Positions 38,464 through 53,572 of a stretch of 64,000 nt of DNA are shown here, piece by piece. The notes under the pieces are model-generated. The model saw nothing but the letters and a program-made list of their open reading frames with translations. It made no database searches and was not told the origin of the DNA. The position numbers and the translations under genes are program-made. The stretch is from Moniliella sp. 'wahieum'. Taxonomy: Eukaryota. The stretch is taken from NCBI GenBank assembly GCA_003971905.1, contig RSEE01000015.1:62001-126000 (forward strand), in the 5' to 3' direction. The number at the start of each line of letters is the position of its first letter. Position 1 is the stretch's first letter.

Positions 38464-39250
38464 GAGGGTGGGGTGGCCTGGGCGAATGAATGTCCGGTGC
38501 ATGCGGTGGTGACGTAGATAGGAGAGGGATGGGAGCTGCAAGGGGGTGGGAGTGCTGTGCTGTGCTGCGGACACAGGGCGCGGCGCCTGCCCGCGCAGGC
38601 AAGGCCAGCGCACGCAGTACACAGCCGAGCTGGTGTGCGTGCATGATGTCACACCGCCTGTCCGCACGCGCGCCGTGCCGGTGCGCGCTGGGGTCACCCC
38701 GCGCCATTATCTCATCGCATCAGCCATCCTCAGCGCCACGAACCAGCCATCATCCATCCGCAGTTCAATCCCCCCGTAGCCACCGCGACTTGCCGGACGC
38801 AGACGCACGCTGCGATCACCACCTATATATCACGGGGAAGATGCCCGTGCACAGCGCACAGCCAAACCCACGTGCTGAGTCCTGCCTTGCGGCGCGCCTC
38901 AGCGCCTCAGCCGTGTGCGCGGCGAGAAGAAGGCTTGGCCCACGCAGGGTGCTCTCTCCCTGCCCGTCCCACGCGCCAAGCCTCGCACCTCGCAACTGCG
39001 TCTACCCGGGGTCCAACGTACTGGACGCACTGAGAAGCCCTCTCGAGTGACTAGCAATGATAGGCCGCTGGTAGAGCCCACAGAGCGCAGTCCGTGTATT
39101 TATACGCCCTCCGCCCGCTCCCGCCGCTGCGCTCCTCGCCTCCTCCTCCCCCCCCCCCCTTCCAACGGCCAGCCTCATCCACTCCGTCGCGCTGCCCTGC
39201 CTGCGCCTGCTGCCCCGCCGCCCACTGCACCCGCCCCTACCATCAGCAGC

Positions 39251-40917
39251 ATGGTCTCCCTTCGTGCCGCCACCAGCGTCCTGGCCTTGGGCCTCTGGGG
39301 CCTTGCCGCCGGCGTGCCGGCGCCCGTCGGTGCGCTGCCTGCCGAACTGGACCTGCCCGGCACCCACCTGCTCCTGCGTCGTTCTTCACGACGGCACCCA
39401 TGTCAGCCGCAAAGTCAACACCACCTTGGTCAACACGGCGCTGTCTGCCATCTCGGCCGGGCAGCGGCCCAGCTGGGTCCAAGGCACGTATGCCGCCACG
39501 CTCCTTGAGCTCGAGGCGCCGAGCGAGTGGAACTACTTTACAGGCAACAAGGATGGCTTGGCGTACGGCACTGGTTCCCCGTCCCCCAAAGCCCGCCTTC
39601 CCACAGTGCAGATCAGCTGGCCAACTCGGCGGTGGGCACCCAGGACGGTTCGGGCCGGTTGTGTTCGTATGTGACGGGGGAGGAGCAGGTCATGGCGGCG
39701 CCAGTCTCGATTCGCTCTCCTGTGCGGTCCCGGTCCTTTTGGCGGCTGTCAGCACGGGCGAGATCTCGGGCCACAAAAACGCCAGTGACAGCGGCACCTT
39801 TACCGATGCCGCCGCGCCAACTGGCGTTTGTGTTGGAGCAGACACCGCGCACGCCCTCGGGCGCGATCAGCCAGCGGACCGCGACACAAGAGTTGTGGTC
39901 GGATGGAATGTACATGGCTTCCGCCTTGGGCGTCTATGGCACGGTCTATGACAACCAGACGTTACTCCAGCTCGCGTACGACCAAATGCGGCTCTATCGC
40001 CAAGGCCTGGTCCAACCGTCGGGCCTTCTGTCCCACATTGTCAATGTGACTGGCAACAGCTCCGACCCGTCTCTGTGGGTACGTCTTCGATGCCTAACCC
40101 CCCTCCCCCCTAACCCTTGCACCTTCTCTGACTTTGTGTGTGTGTGTGTGCGATTTCCCTACCAGGCCACCGGAAACGGCTGGGCAGCCGCCGGCTTTCT
40201 GCGTACGGTGGCCAGCATTGTCCAGAGCAGTCACGCTTCTGGGATGCTGGCGCAAATCAACGACCTATTTAGCTGGACGGACCAGATCCTGGACGCTGCC
40301 TTTTCTCAGGCGGATGGCTCGACGGGCTTGATTCACAACCACCTCAACGATACCTCGTCCTTTCTCGATGCGGCCGGGAGTGCACTGTTGTCCTACTCTG
40401 CCTTTCGCGTGGCCAGCATGGCGGCCAACCAGACCCAGCACGTGGCGGCCGCAGAAAAAATTACCAGACGATCCAGGGCGCGCTGGGGCCCGCCGGGCTG
40501 CTGCTGGGCGACCTGAATACCGTCAATGTCTTGAACTTTAATGCTCCGGGCCCCACCTCGCCCGAAGCCTTGTCCTTCATCCTGCTCATGGCCGCAGCGC
40601 GACGCGACTATGCCAACGGCAACGTTACCGGTCTCTATGGGCCCGGCACCCCAACCAGTACCAGCCCCGGCCGAGCCGAACGGAACGGTGGTGCCTGGCG
40701 CACGCACCTCGTCCGTCGCTCGCCTCACCTCGCTCCCCGCATCCATTCCTGCTGGCTGGGTCGCTCCTGGCCATGTCGTGCTTGTTTTGGTGATGCAGGT
40801 CCCGCGCCTCGTCTCTTCGCGTTTGGTATACCTGTTGGGCCCCCCATTCTCCTCCCCATTCCTCCCCATTCCCATTCATGCCTGTTGTTGTTCCCCCCTG
40901 CTCTTCCTCCACCTTAG
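39251..40917 (+). CDS. Secreted six-hairpin glycosidase, GH105/GH88 family; intron ~40079..40164; end approximate
   Basis: Signal peptide MVSLRAATSVLALGLWG, then SWVQGT, GAISQR..ELWSDGMYMA, W|ATGNGWAAAG and SPEALSFILL. Confidence 0.8.
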
Positions 40918-41027
40918 TATCCCCACACCTCCTCTCTGTTGCATTGTTGACACGGGCACCAAGAACGGGATCCGAGCACCTCTCGTGCTGTACCGATCGG
41001 CACGGGCCGTCGAGGCAACCTCACGAC

Positions 41028-41142
41028 TCTCTTCTCTCTCTTTTCTTTCTTTCTTTTCTTTTCTTTTCTTTTCTTTTCTTTTTTTTCTTTTCTTTTCTTT
41101 TCTTTCTTTTCTTTTCTTTCTTTTCTTCTTCACTTTTCTTTC
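41028..41142. repeat. Pyrimidine-rich microsatellite (TTTC/TTTTC)n
   Basis: About 110 bp of almost pure T/C short repeats downstream of the GH105 gene. Confidence 0.9.
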
Positions 41143-42163
41143 CCACCCCGCATTTCCCCACAGCGTCCGTATACTTGTCTTTGTGTTCTTGTGCATACTT
41201 ATTCGAACCACATGGTTACTTCATGGATGAACACATCGTGTGTTTGGATGCGTCTTTTGGCACCCCATTTCGCTCCCTTTAGTCGGATTTGTGGATCCGG
41301 ATTACGTATGGCGGGCTCGCTGGCTGGCTATACAGGCACACATCTCTCGATTCGTCCTCTCTTTCTGCCCTGCACACAAATTAACAGTCACTATACTATG
41401 AAGTGACGCTGGTCACCAGTTGGGCTTTTTGTACAGACCGAGTGCAAATAGGAACCCCTGACCCCTCCGGCTCTTTGCCCTCGGGCCCCTCGGCCCTTCT
41501 ACCTTCTTACATGCAGGATCCAACGTCCACCGCCAACAGACCGAGGGAGCACACGCGGGGGTGAGACGGCTGGGGGATTGGGGGGTTGTAGACGAGTGGA
41601 GAGTGGAGGTGCTTTGGGGTCGAGAACGGGCAGGGGGGGGGCTGGTACCGGTTCCCTCCTTGAACCGGTTATCGCGGCAGGTAGAAAAGAGGCAGAAAGA
41701 GACATGGACTGAGGGTATGGTATGTTGGCATGCCGTGCATTCTGCATGACAAGCGAGCCTCTCAGTGTGCACTGGCACACAGAATGGCGCAGTTGATCAT
41801 GGAGATATTGAGACGATGGCGATACCATCAGAGAATCGCGTGGGGGGAAGAGACCGTGGTCGAGCTCCCAGACGAGCGAATCCGCATGGGGCGGGCCTCA
41901 TTCCCCCAGTTCTTACTGACCGTAATGACCTCTTCCCCCTTGCTTGTCGGAACGCACAACCACCCCTCTCTGCCCTCACAGTCAGCTGAGGCCGCAGCCT
42001 GATTCAATCACGGCCTTCATCACCACAGGGTCACACCGATCCCACTACATCCATCTATTGCCATTCGCGCCCGACCCTCACAAATCAGGAGCTTTTGCAT
42101 TTGGTGGGCCTGCTAGTCCTTGAGGCTGAGGTTCCATGGGCACAGGGGACGCACGCCCTAGTA

Positions 42164-43815
<1,652 letters not shown>

Positions 43816-44273
43816 GCTAGGCGAGACGGGGGGGCCGAAGCAGAGGGGGCGGCGGCTCGGCGGTGTGGGCGTCGTGTGCTGGCGGCCTGCTGCCTGCCGC
43901 CTGCCTGCGCTCGGCCCGCAGCGGGAAGAACAGCGGCCGCCGCCGGCACAGGCGCAGGTGCCGCACCCGCACACTGGCCCCGTGCGGGCGTGCTGCCAGC
44001 GTGCGGTTGGGCCCTCGCACGGCGCCAGTGGCGCGCGTGGGTTACTAAGCTCACCTAAGCCTCCACTGCTCTTCGCGCGCCCATTCCGCCGTTCCGCCCT
44101 CCGACCCCACACCGCCATTGGTAACCCAAAGCCCAATTTGGATGCCGCATCCATTCGTAGTCCCAGCGTATCCTCGCACTCTCTCCGCCCACACTATGCA
44201 CTCTAGCAGCCTGCTGAGCAGACTCGCGATAGATGCATATTCCTCTTTTTTTGACCCCGAGGTGAGACCCCCC

Positions 44274-45105
44274 TGTAGTTAGGGGTATAAACCCTTGGAC
44301 AGACCAATCGGTGTCTCGTACGTTGGGTCCTGCTTCAGATCCTGGTTGAAGCTACGGATGTATAAAGGCGAGGGAGAAACCCTCTAGTTTGGTTGGCTGC
44401 CGAAGGCCGCAGCTCAGCCCCTCCGAGGGTAGGAGCCGCGTACGTAGGTCGTTAGACCAGTTGCAGGGGTTCAGAAGCCCCGAAGTTACCCGTTCCTCGC
44501 AACGTTACCACATTCGGTACGCTTGTAGTAGGGAGAAACAGACAGAGTCCTAAAGAAGAGCAAGCGCTACTGATGAGAGTAACCGCGGCTTGAAGAGTGG
44601 TCGACGTAAGTTGTAAATTCGTACGCGTAAGGGTGGTAGAAGGTGGAAGGGCAAGAGAGTAATTGGTAGTCGGAGAGACCAACGGTAATAGACAGGATGG
44701 TCGACAAGGACCACAGCTAGCAAGCCTTAGACATGGTTGTTGCTGATATACAAAAGCAACCAGGCCTTAAGTGCCTCATGACAGGTATAAACAGAATGCG
44801 GGGCACTTTCCAGAGAGGTAAAGACTAATGCACAGCCCGTACTCTCAAAGGCGCTGACACTGCGTAGTCGGGCGCAGCAGGAAGGGTTCTGCCAAGACTG
44901 GCTGCAATGAACACAAAGCATCGTACCGATAAGCCCATGCGACCATGGCGAGCGCGGATGATCTCTGCAACATGGATAAGGTGTCGACTGGCTCTTTCTC
45001 GCTAGTCTAACAGGACTGGCGCTTGGGCTGAGATGTCTACGACATGCGGGGCTCAGCGTCCCGAGATAAACGGAGCGCCCCGTAACACTTACCCCTTTCG
45101 CTACA
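44274..45105. mobile_element. Probable LTR-retrotransposon remnants: two adjacent TG...CA-bounded segments (44274..44512 and 44524..45105)
   Basis: Termini TGTAGTTA/TTACCACA and TGTAG/CTACA form short inverted repeats. Internal TATAAA boxes, many hairpins, visibly lower GC than the flanks and no credible ORF. No convincing 4-5-bp TSD. Confidence 0.4.
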
Positions 45106-46422
45106 GCTGTATGGACGAGTCTTTTCCCCTTTCTTCATGGTATTTATCATCCTCGGAGCGCGCCACGGAGACTGGCTAGTGCATGGCAGGATTTGGGCGT
45201 AGTATATGGGGAACTTGTGTGATTTGCTGCCGTCGTCGATGGAGTATCGAATGTGCATTCCGGCGGCAGGAAGAACAAAACGAGCAAGAATGCTCTAAAT
45301 GTAGCCCGCTGGAGTAATAAGCACGTAAAGCGATTACTTGTATCTGTTAGTAAATCGCTTTTTGCGCGCGAGAAGATCAAGGTGCACCTCCGGAATGATT
45401 AATGACCGACGGACCGTCTTTGCCTGTGGGTAATCAATCGTCTCAGGGGCGCAGCAGCGTGACCGGATCGAGCACAGGTGGTACCAAAAACCCGAAAGCA
45501 ATCCATTCGGCTTTGGGACGGATACACGCATATTCACCCGAGCTGGTATCTTGCACCTGCCAGAGCCGACATGCGGCCGGACTATTCACCAAAAGTCGCG
45601 GCTGGATGGAGTCAACGGTGCCGTTGTCAAAGCAACAACAGGGAACACCTGACGTCTGCAGTGGGCTAGATACAGCAGAGTCAGACGAGGCAGGTTCTTA
45701 TCGGGGCTGGGGAGGCAGGCTGACTTCAGCGGCCAACTTAACATGTGGACCGGCCCAGACAGGTAACGTTTTCATTGAGGTTGTTCCACTGCAAAAAAAC
45801 ACAAAACGGCGCTGAAGAAAACGCGGAAAACGGCATGGATGCAATCGACGGCGTCACTGGACTCGTGAACGACCATTGTTGCCGGAAACCAGATGCCTTG
45901 CTTCCTGGCCCTGGTCGACCAGCTCGGGGCAGAGTAGAGAGGGTGGCCACCTTGATCAGTACTCGGTTGAGTTGGCCTCGCACCATGGCACATTTCCATT
46001 TCCATTTCAGCGGCGAATATCAACGAAGGAACGGGGCCAGGGCGCGGGGGCAGAGGGGCAGTGTCACGTGGCGTCGCCCGAGGGGCGGTCGGGCGCGCAG
46101 GAGCCATTCAATATTCATCCAAGCGTCGCCACCGCCAGGCCAGACCACGCGTGCGGCGCGGGGCCAGTGTGCCGTCGCGGTGGCCTGTGCGTCAACCATG
46201 GCCGCTGGCCCAGAGCCCAGCCGTCGGCGCAGCGAGTGCGCCACGCCGCGCATCCAGCAGCACCCATCCTCCTTCGCCCCCTTCTGGCGCCGGCGGTCTT
46301 CCTTCCTCCTTCCTTCCACCACCCATCCCTTCGACTTGCCCGCGCTCGCCCCATCGCAGTCCCACCGCGCCCCGCCCCGCCCGCCCGCCCCCCCGCCCCC
46401 CGTCAAGTCTACTCGACCCGCC

Positions 46423-47541
46423 ATGTCTGCTGCTGTCGACATGCTGCCCCACCACGGTTGCCCCGCCTCCTGCGACCTCAGCCCCGCCCACCGACTGGCT
46501 CCGCCTGTCGAGCGCACGCCTGCTGACCTCGAAGAACTTGCCAAGGTATGTCCGCTTTGCTTGCATGGCGCGCGCAACCCCTGCTGACATACACTGTCCA
46601 CTGCTCCTCAGAAAGTCTTCGTCCGCCAGCTCAGCTCCTCCTCAAAGAAGCTGAACTTAAGGCCGTCTTTGCTCCCACTCTAACTGTGTACGTGATGCAT
46701 CGTTTGTGCCACTCGCAATTCGGCATGCTGACTTTTTACCCCTCTCCACTGCAGGTCAAGCGTGCAGATCATTCGTCGCGGCCCTCGTCACCAAGGCTAC
46801 GGCTTTGTTACCTTTGCCACGGCCGACGATGCGGCGACGGCGATCGAAAAGTTCAACAATACGAGGTCGCTGGTCGGGCGTTGGTCATTGAGGCCTGAAG
46901 CACACCACCGCCTGAATCGTTCCAGAACCGCAAGGCGCGGAAGGAGCGCACGATCAAGGCCGACGGTTCCTCTTCTACTCCCGCCAGCGGGGCTGAGGAA
47001 CCCGCCGAGGAGGCTCGTTCGAAGCCCAAGCCCCCCGGCCGCAAGGCGTCACAAAAGAAGACGGCCAAGAAGCCAGCTGCAGCTGCAGCTTCTGACAAGG
47101 ACGCGAGGCAAAAAGGATGGCCCGACCGGTCCTCCTTCCCAGACGTTGGTCTTTGTCGCCAACTTGGCTTACAGTGTTGAGCAGCCCGAGCTGCGCGCCT
47201 TTTTCGAGAAGGACACGGACCTGACTGTCAAGGGCGTGTACATTGCCCGTTCTATTGTACGCAGGGTGCGCAAGTTGACCGATGCGGAAAAAGAGGCGGC
47301 GCGGCGGCGGCAGAGGCCGCACCCGATTCGCCTGCAGTGCCCAAGAAGACGGTGGGCGAACGTCGGAGCCGTGGGTATGCGTTTGTTGATTTTGCTACCC
47401 ATGAACAGCAGGAGGCCATCAAGTTGTTCAACGACAAGGAGTTCCATGGGCGCAAATTGGTCCTCAAGGTGGCCCTCGAGAATGAGGACCGCAAGAAAAA
47501 CCTGGAGGAGACTCAGAGCAAAAGAAGGACAAGGAGGTTAA
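46423..47541 (+). CDS. RNA-binding protein with two RRMs; introns 46546..46611 and 46688..46754; end approximate
   Basis: RNP2 KVFVRQL with RNP1 QGYGFVTF; second RNP2 LVFVANL with RNP1 RGYAFVDF. Confidence 0.85.
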
Positions 47542-48024
47542 GGCCCCTGCCAAGGATGAAACCGAGGAGTAACTCGTTCTCCCTATAGCCATGTCCTGCC
47601 TGACTTGTCCTGCCCTGCCATGCCATGCTCTCTGCCTTGTCCTCTTGATTTGAGGTCGGGGACGACTTCAAGATTCCCCCTTCTCCAGTTTTGCCCACAT
47701 TCCATGACGTCAAACTCCAGCATCATCCCCCTTTCTATGAGCTGCATCGCATCCGTCCAACTTCTCATTACCGCGGTTCGCCCGTGACATGTAACATGGC
47801 CTCTGTTGCGACCTGTTGCAACTGTTCCATAGATCCTTTCTGGCCACGCGTCGAGTTCGCGTTCCTGCCACCGTTGCCACAGACCATGGCATGCCTCTCG
47901 TGGGCTTGTTTCTTCGTTGTACATTGTGTCATGTGGATCAGTTGGGAGAGATGAGCGCGACTTGTGTGCATAAATCTATGGGGACTCGTTTGGCACGGAC
48001 ACATGGAGAGGGAGAGGGTCGTAA

Positions 48025-50099
48025 TTAGTCTTCCTCCTCATCGGGGGGAAGGTAGCTACTCTCGACCTTGCGAGTGGGCAAGTAGTATGTTGCCCAAGAG
48101 TACTCGGCCCCCGAAAAGGGTCCCGGGTTGAAGACGCGGCACTTTTCGTACGTCAGCGCAAACCTTGCAAACCGATCAGCCAGCACCAGGGCATCGGGCA
48201 AGGGAAACAACCGAAGCGCATGGGTGTGCTCCCATAGCACAGGCTGGACGTGCGCCGGGAAGGGGGAGAGGTAGCCCTGGTCCAAGAGGGTCGAGACAAG
48301 CTGATGCACATACGATTAGTTTCCATAGAGCCCAAGGGGAGAGGGGGAGGGCACATACCCATTTCTGCATCTTGCGCTCATCGTCCGGAGCGTCCAACCG
48401 GCTCCGACTGGGCCGCATCCCCGCCCAGATCCTTAAAAAGAGCACAGTGTTGCACCATCTTGCTGGCCATGTTGTACCGGAACACAAAAGGTCATGATCC
48501 AGCACGCGAATCCGGGCGGGTTGGAGGTGGAGTGCAAATGGCCTTTGGGAAGGAGCTCTTGCAAGCTGCGTCACGGATGGCGGCATGGGTGGACGGGGGA
48601 GAGGCTGGTCCGATGAACATCCTCGAGCGCGGGCACGAGCACAAGGTGGGAGATGGATAACAGCTGGGGCGTGGCGCGCAGGAGCGAAGCCAAACGGGCA
48701 AAGACGCTTTGGGAGAGGGTCAGAAAAGCAAGACAACTGCAAAGCAGAGACAACTTACCTTGTACTTCCCGCCATGTCGGTTCCGTTTGTGTTGGAACAA
48801 AAGGGACCACAGAGAACAATGATGCGGGATAAAGGAAGACTGTTCAAACCCGGTAAAGACAGGGCCAACTTGGCCAAGTCCCGCTCGAGTCCAGGTGCAC
48901 GTCCGACAGGTGATCATAAAAAGGCTGCTGCATCGGGATCCTCCCCTCTGGCTACTGCCGACTGGATCGCAGCTTGTTCATGGGCATGCAAACGGGCGCG
49001 TTCGAGCCCAGAACGCCAGTTCCGAGGAAATCGATATGACCGTATAAGCGCCATTGATTGCGCTCGCGTTCAGCAGGCGGATGACTCATAGCAGTCGCGA
49101 CAAAGATGACGCTCGAATTTCCAATGCCTCCTGTCCCGGCCGAAGGGAAGGCACGCGCGTACCCCTCCAAAAGAACGATCGCGCCATGGGTGAACAAACC
49201 TCTCCCACTGTGGCACCAGAGAGGTCGAGGGACACGACTCCATCCATCTTCTACCGCTGCCCGGCCATCGGGGAGAGTGGTGAGCAAACCGAGCAGGAGG
49301 AATCGACGAGCCCCCTGCCCATCAACCGAGGAAGCGGGTGCAGCTCGTCCAGCCAAATCCGTGGTGGTACTAAGCTGGAGAAAGGAACCTGCTTGACCTT
49401 GGGCGGCTTGCGCCCAGAGCGAGGGGGGCCTGGAAGTGCTCGTTGCGCTGGACGATGGCGCGGATGACTTCCAGTCGCTCCCGGCCAGAGTCTGGGCGTG
49501 AGATGGCACGGGCCAAGATGCTGGGCGGGCCGCGGACGAGCGAACAAAGGTGCGGCGGCGCACGTCAAACGCATACTGGGGAAGAGCAAAGCCAAACCGA
49601 AACGACATGAATGTGAGCGTCGACGTCCAAGTCGTCTCGTCGCCCCAGTGAGATTCCTAGAGCGGGAGCGCGCTCCGAAGAGGCCTGGAGGTATTGGTAT
49701 GCCTCGCTCAGCGTCTCCGCCATGACAAGTTGTTGGCCCGCTTGTGGGGACAAGGCAAAGGACTGGGAGGAGGTCTGTTGCTTACTCGCCCGGTCCTGCG
49801 CGATGTGGCTGGCGAGCAGGCCCAGTTGGATGCGCATCTCGCCCACATCGTCCAGAAGCCCCATGGCGTCAAACGCAGAGGCGAGCCACTTGAAGCCGGA
49901 CACGTGCACTTCGAGTCCGCGCTTGTGGCCAAACTCATGGAGGACGAGGGGCGGAGGGCGGCGCGGGCGGGGCGAGCGCGGCTGGAGCCGCTGGAGCGGA
50001 GGCGCGCGTCGGACGCGGCAGAGAAGGCGGCGCTGCTCTCAGCATAGTCGGCGTCCATGGCCATTCCCATGCCGAGTCGATGTCCATGTCCGTGTCCAT
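48025..50099 (-). CDS. DPB2: DNA polymerase epsilon subunit B; start approximate
   Basis: FLLLGLLT, GLFTHGAIVLLEG, HPPAERE, LYGHIDFLG, TLLDQGYLSP and PVLWEHTHALRLFPLPDALVLAD..FNPG. Confidence 0.88.
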
Positions 50100-50493
50100 G
50101 CTGGAGCGCGCGGCGGCCAAGACGGGCCAGGATGGTTGCGAGTGGTGTCCGTCCGTTCCGTGCCCCGGCCGGCTGCCTCGACACGACGCGTGCGAGTGGC
50201 GCTGCGGGCGCGTCGTGTCGCGCCGGGAGGGCGGCTGCAGTGCGCCTGCAATGTTTCAGCAGCGCGGCCCATTGCAACTTTCAGCCCGCCTCGTTCCGCT
50301 CCTTACAAATCTGCGCGGCAGCGGCCAGCCAGTCACTCCGGCTGAGCGCGCTGACACTGCCGCCGTGCCGCCGCTCTTCCCGGTTCCTTCCCCCCTTGCC
50401 CGACCACTGGCGGGGCCAGCTGGGCGGCCCCTCTCCGTCCCATCGCACCGCTCGGCCACCAGCACCTTCTCTGTCCGGCGACTCTCCCCGACC

Positions 50494-50845
50494 ATGGCGT
50501 CCATCTCGCCCTCTTCAACCCCACCCCACTGGTCAACGTGGCCCGCTACTCCGCCCTGGTTGGCGGCGTGGCGTACGGCATACCACCGCCATGCGCTCCA
50601 GAAGGACGCCGACAAGGCCCACCTCGCCGCCATCAAGGCTCACCGCCAAGACTTGGTTGAGCAGGCCAAGGCCAAGTGGGCCGAGCTCCACCCCGCCCCT
50701 AAGGCACCGGCGGTATGTCGATCCTTGCTCGCTGCTGCAGAGACGAATTCAGACTGACCCCCCTACCTTACGTCGTGCAGTCGTGAGCGACCCAGACAGC
50801 CCAGACTTTGACCTGGAGAAGTTCCTCGAGAGCCTGGACAAATAA
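50494..50845 (+). CDS. TIM11: Mitochondrial ATP synthase subunit e; intron 50713..50780
   Basis: VNVARYSALVGGVAYG...EQAKAKW...|VVSDPDSPDFDLEKFL, typical of fungal subunit e. Confidence 0.88.
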
Positions 50846-51687
50846 GCAAAGACGCGCCCGATCCAATCGTATTCCGTGTAGAGCATGCTCTCCCAGCCCC
50901 TCCATCGACTGCGACTTTCTGCTAGTCGCGTCGGTTCTGCCCTGTTTTTATCTACTGGAAGGACGCGAGAGTGAGAGTTGATGGGACGTTCTGGTCACAC
51001 CGGAGGATCCTCGTTATTGGTTGGAAGAACGTTAGAACCCCAGCCAACTCGTTCCCCTTTTGCATCATGCCTGGCCTCAGCAACTAATAGTCGATGCCTT
51101 TACAGCAAGGCAAGTTGGGATGGGCGCCAGGAGGACGTAACTCCGAGATCCCACTGGTCCCAGCTCAAGTTAGTCATGGCAGAGATGGTAACAAGCGAGA
51201 AGACGGTGAGAGAGAGGACTTGATGCCCGGAGATGAAAAAGACGAGAATCTCTATGGTGGGGTAGGGGTGGGGACTTGCTTTTACCCTCCTAGCGACGTT
51301 TCAAAGCTAGCATAATGCGTCCCAGCTATCAGACACCATGATACTAGCAGAACTGGAATATACGCGAGCCAACAGGAGGCCCAAGGGCCAGTGGTTGATG
51401 CTGATGGTGCTGATGCACTGGTGCCAGGCCAGACGACTAGCTCTTCCGAGGCCACGCTCCATGTTGGTCGAGGAACAGGCTGACCAAGAAGATCCGGCCA
51501 TGTGACCGGCCGGTGATCATAAGCTTCCGTCGAACCCTAACATTCAGGTTCTTCCTCGTTCGAAGGGAGACTGCTCTTTTGCCTGCGTCTGCGGCGCACA
51601 ATTGTTCGTCCGAGCGTACTTGCCGCCTCGTGGCCGCTCCGACGCCCGAACAGCTTGGTTCTGTACCACTCCCATCCCACTTGCACC

Positions 51688-52216
51688 ATGGTTGTCGACC
51701 AAGAGAAGCTCGCAAGCTCCAGGCTGCCAGCCGGCAGGGCGGCAAGGGTGCTCCTCGTCGCAAGGTCGTCAAGAAGGTTGCGCCCAAGTCGGCCGTCGAG
51801 GGCGGCAACGACAAAAAGCTCGTGCGGCGCTGAAGAAGCTGGGCGGGTGTGCCCATGACTGGGTACGAGGAGGTCAACATGTTCAAGGACGATGGCAAGG
51901 TGCTCCACTTCACCCGCCCCAACGTTGCCCTTGTCAAGGACGCCAACACCCACATTGTCACTGGCCATGGCGAGGACAAGGACATGACCGAGCTCGTGCC
52001 GGGGATCCTCAACCAGCTTGGCCCGAGGCCATGGCTTCGCTCCGCCAGCTGGCCAGTCGTACCAGATTGATGCAGGCCCAGGGCGCTTCTGGTGACGATG
52101 TTCCGATGTCGTACGTTTCTGATTCTTTCTGTCTTGCTCGTGTTTGACACTGACTACTTTTCCAGCCGAGACGTTCGACGGGAGAAGAAGGAGACCGATG
52201 TGAGCAGCTCGACTAA
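51688..52216 (+). CDS. EGD1: Nascent polypeptide-associated complex beta subunit (BTF3); intron ~52110..52165
   Basis: [33 protein letters not shown] and [13 protein letters not shown]. Confidence 0.93.
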
Positions 52217-53572
52217 GTCGTATCCTGAGACGTGAGGGTTTGACCCCTCACTTTTTCCGCCCCTCTTTCCCTCTGGGACCGCGCGCCCATTCACAAAAAA
52301 TCATGCTTGGACCCAACAGCTATGTGGTTCCTCTCGTGTCTGCATCGGGTACTAGCGTCACCACTTCCTCTTCTGTAGCCGACCCCGCCGTCGACGATAG
52401 AGACATAGGTAAGAGCGATACAGCGATTGATCATCCGTCTGTTGCAGGGCTACGGATAACCTGAGACTTGAATATTGCGTCAACGACGTGTCAGCGAGGC
52501 AGGCGGAGATGAGGAGGCCGCATACTATGCCCGCCCTCCCCCCCCCCTCTGGGCTGGTTAGCAAAACACGGTGTGTTATATGCATGAAATGTGGTACAAG
52601 CTGATCCGCTTCCTCCGACAGTATGGCGAACACCAGAACAAGCACTTGGGAGCTATCAGAGTGTACATGAAGTAGTTCCATGAGTTGTCCTTCAATTCAC
52701 GCCTCACTGCGGTTCCAGCAGCCAACGTAAGAACGTGATTTACACCTAGGATGGCTTGTACCCCCACAGACTGCTACGTGCAAGCGCACCAAACGTCGCG
52801 CCGCGCACCAAAGTCATCTGAGGAGGTCTAACAGGTCTTCCAACTCCTTGGACGAATGAGTGCGCGGATGGGCACGCGGCCCGGGCTGCTTCCACCCTTG
52901 ACCGCCTGACCCCGGTCCCGGTCCAGTGAGTTCAGTCTCTTCTCTCCGTGATCTTTGTTACCAGTCTGTCTTCGTTGCATCCGCACAAGTGTTCCGTTTG
53001 GTGCTGGGTGGCGCTTGAAGCTCGCTTGACCTGCTTGAGCTGAAGGCGTGGTAGTCACAGTCTAGAGGCCCTCGGGCCTCAGGAGGCCTCAGCCCCTCTT
53101 CAACGTTCATATCGTTCCGATCAGACCTCCATATCCCAAGGAACGTGGCCAGAGGGGAGGGACCTAACGAGATTACGTAAGTTGTTGGCACGTTCCAGCT
53201 GCTCGAAATTGAGGGTTCCACGCAAGGGCGTGCTACCTGCGGCCTCTTTACATGTTACACAGGCAAGTCACAGGTAGATAACACCTGCACCAGTCGGCGT
53301 GCCAACCAGCTAGTCTTTTCCTGCTCGGGGGGATTGTTCAATGTCGCCGGTCACCTGGCCGGCAAACGTATCAATATAAATCGGTGGAACCGCACAGTAA
53401 ACAAAGAGAAAAACAAGGGAGAGTGGGAGGTGCACACATATGGCATCACAGCCATACGAGGATGAAATGGATACAAGTGAAAGGCCGAGGAAAGGCGCCC
53501 CGAGCCACCAAGGAAGAAGCCAGTCTCCCAAAGGATGCACGGGGATGTAAAAAGAAAGAAATCGAATCGGGT

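Noticed and set aside
40876..41282. Lys/Arg-rich and Phe/Ser-rich ORFs
   Set aside because: These are translations of the TTTC microsatellite.
44540..44610. CTGATGA followed by a weak stem, resembling a hammerhead ribozyme core
   Set aside because: It is followed by GAAG rather than GAAA, and I could not build stems I and III with a cleavage triplet.
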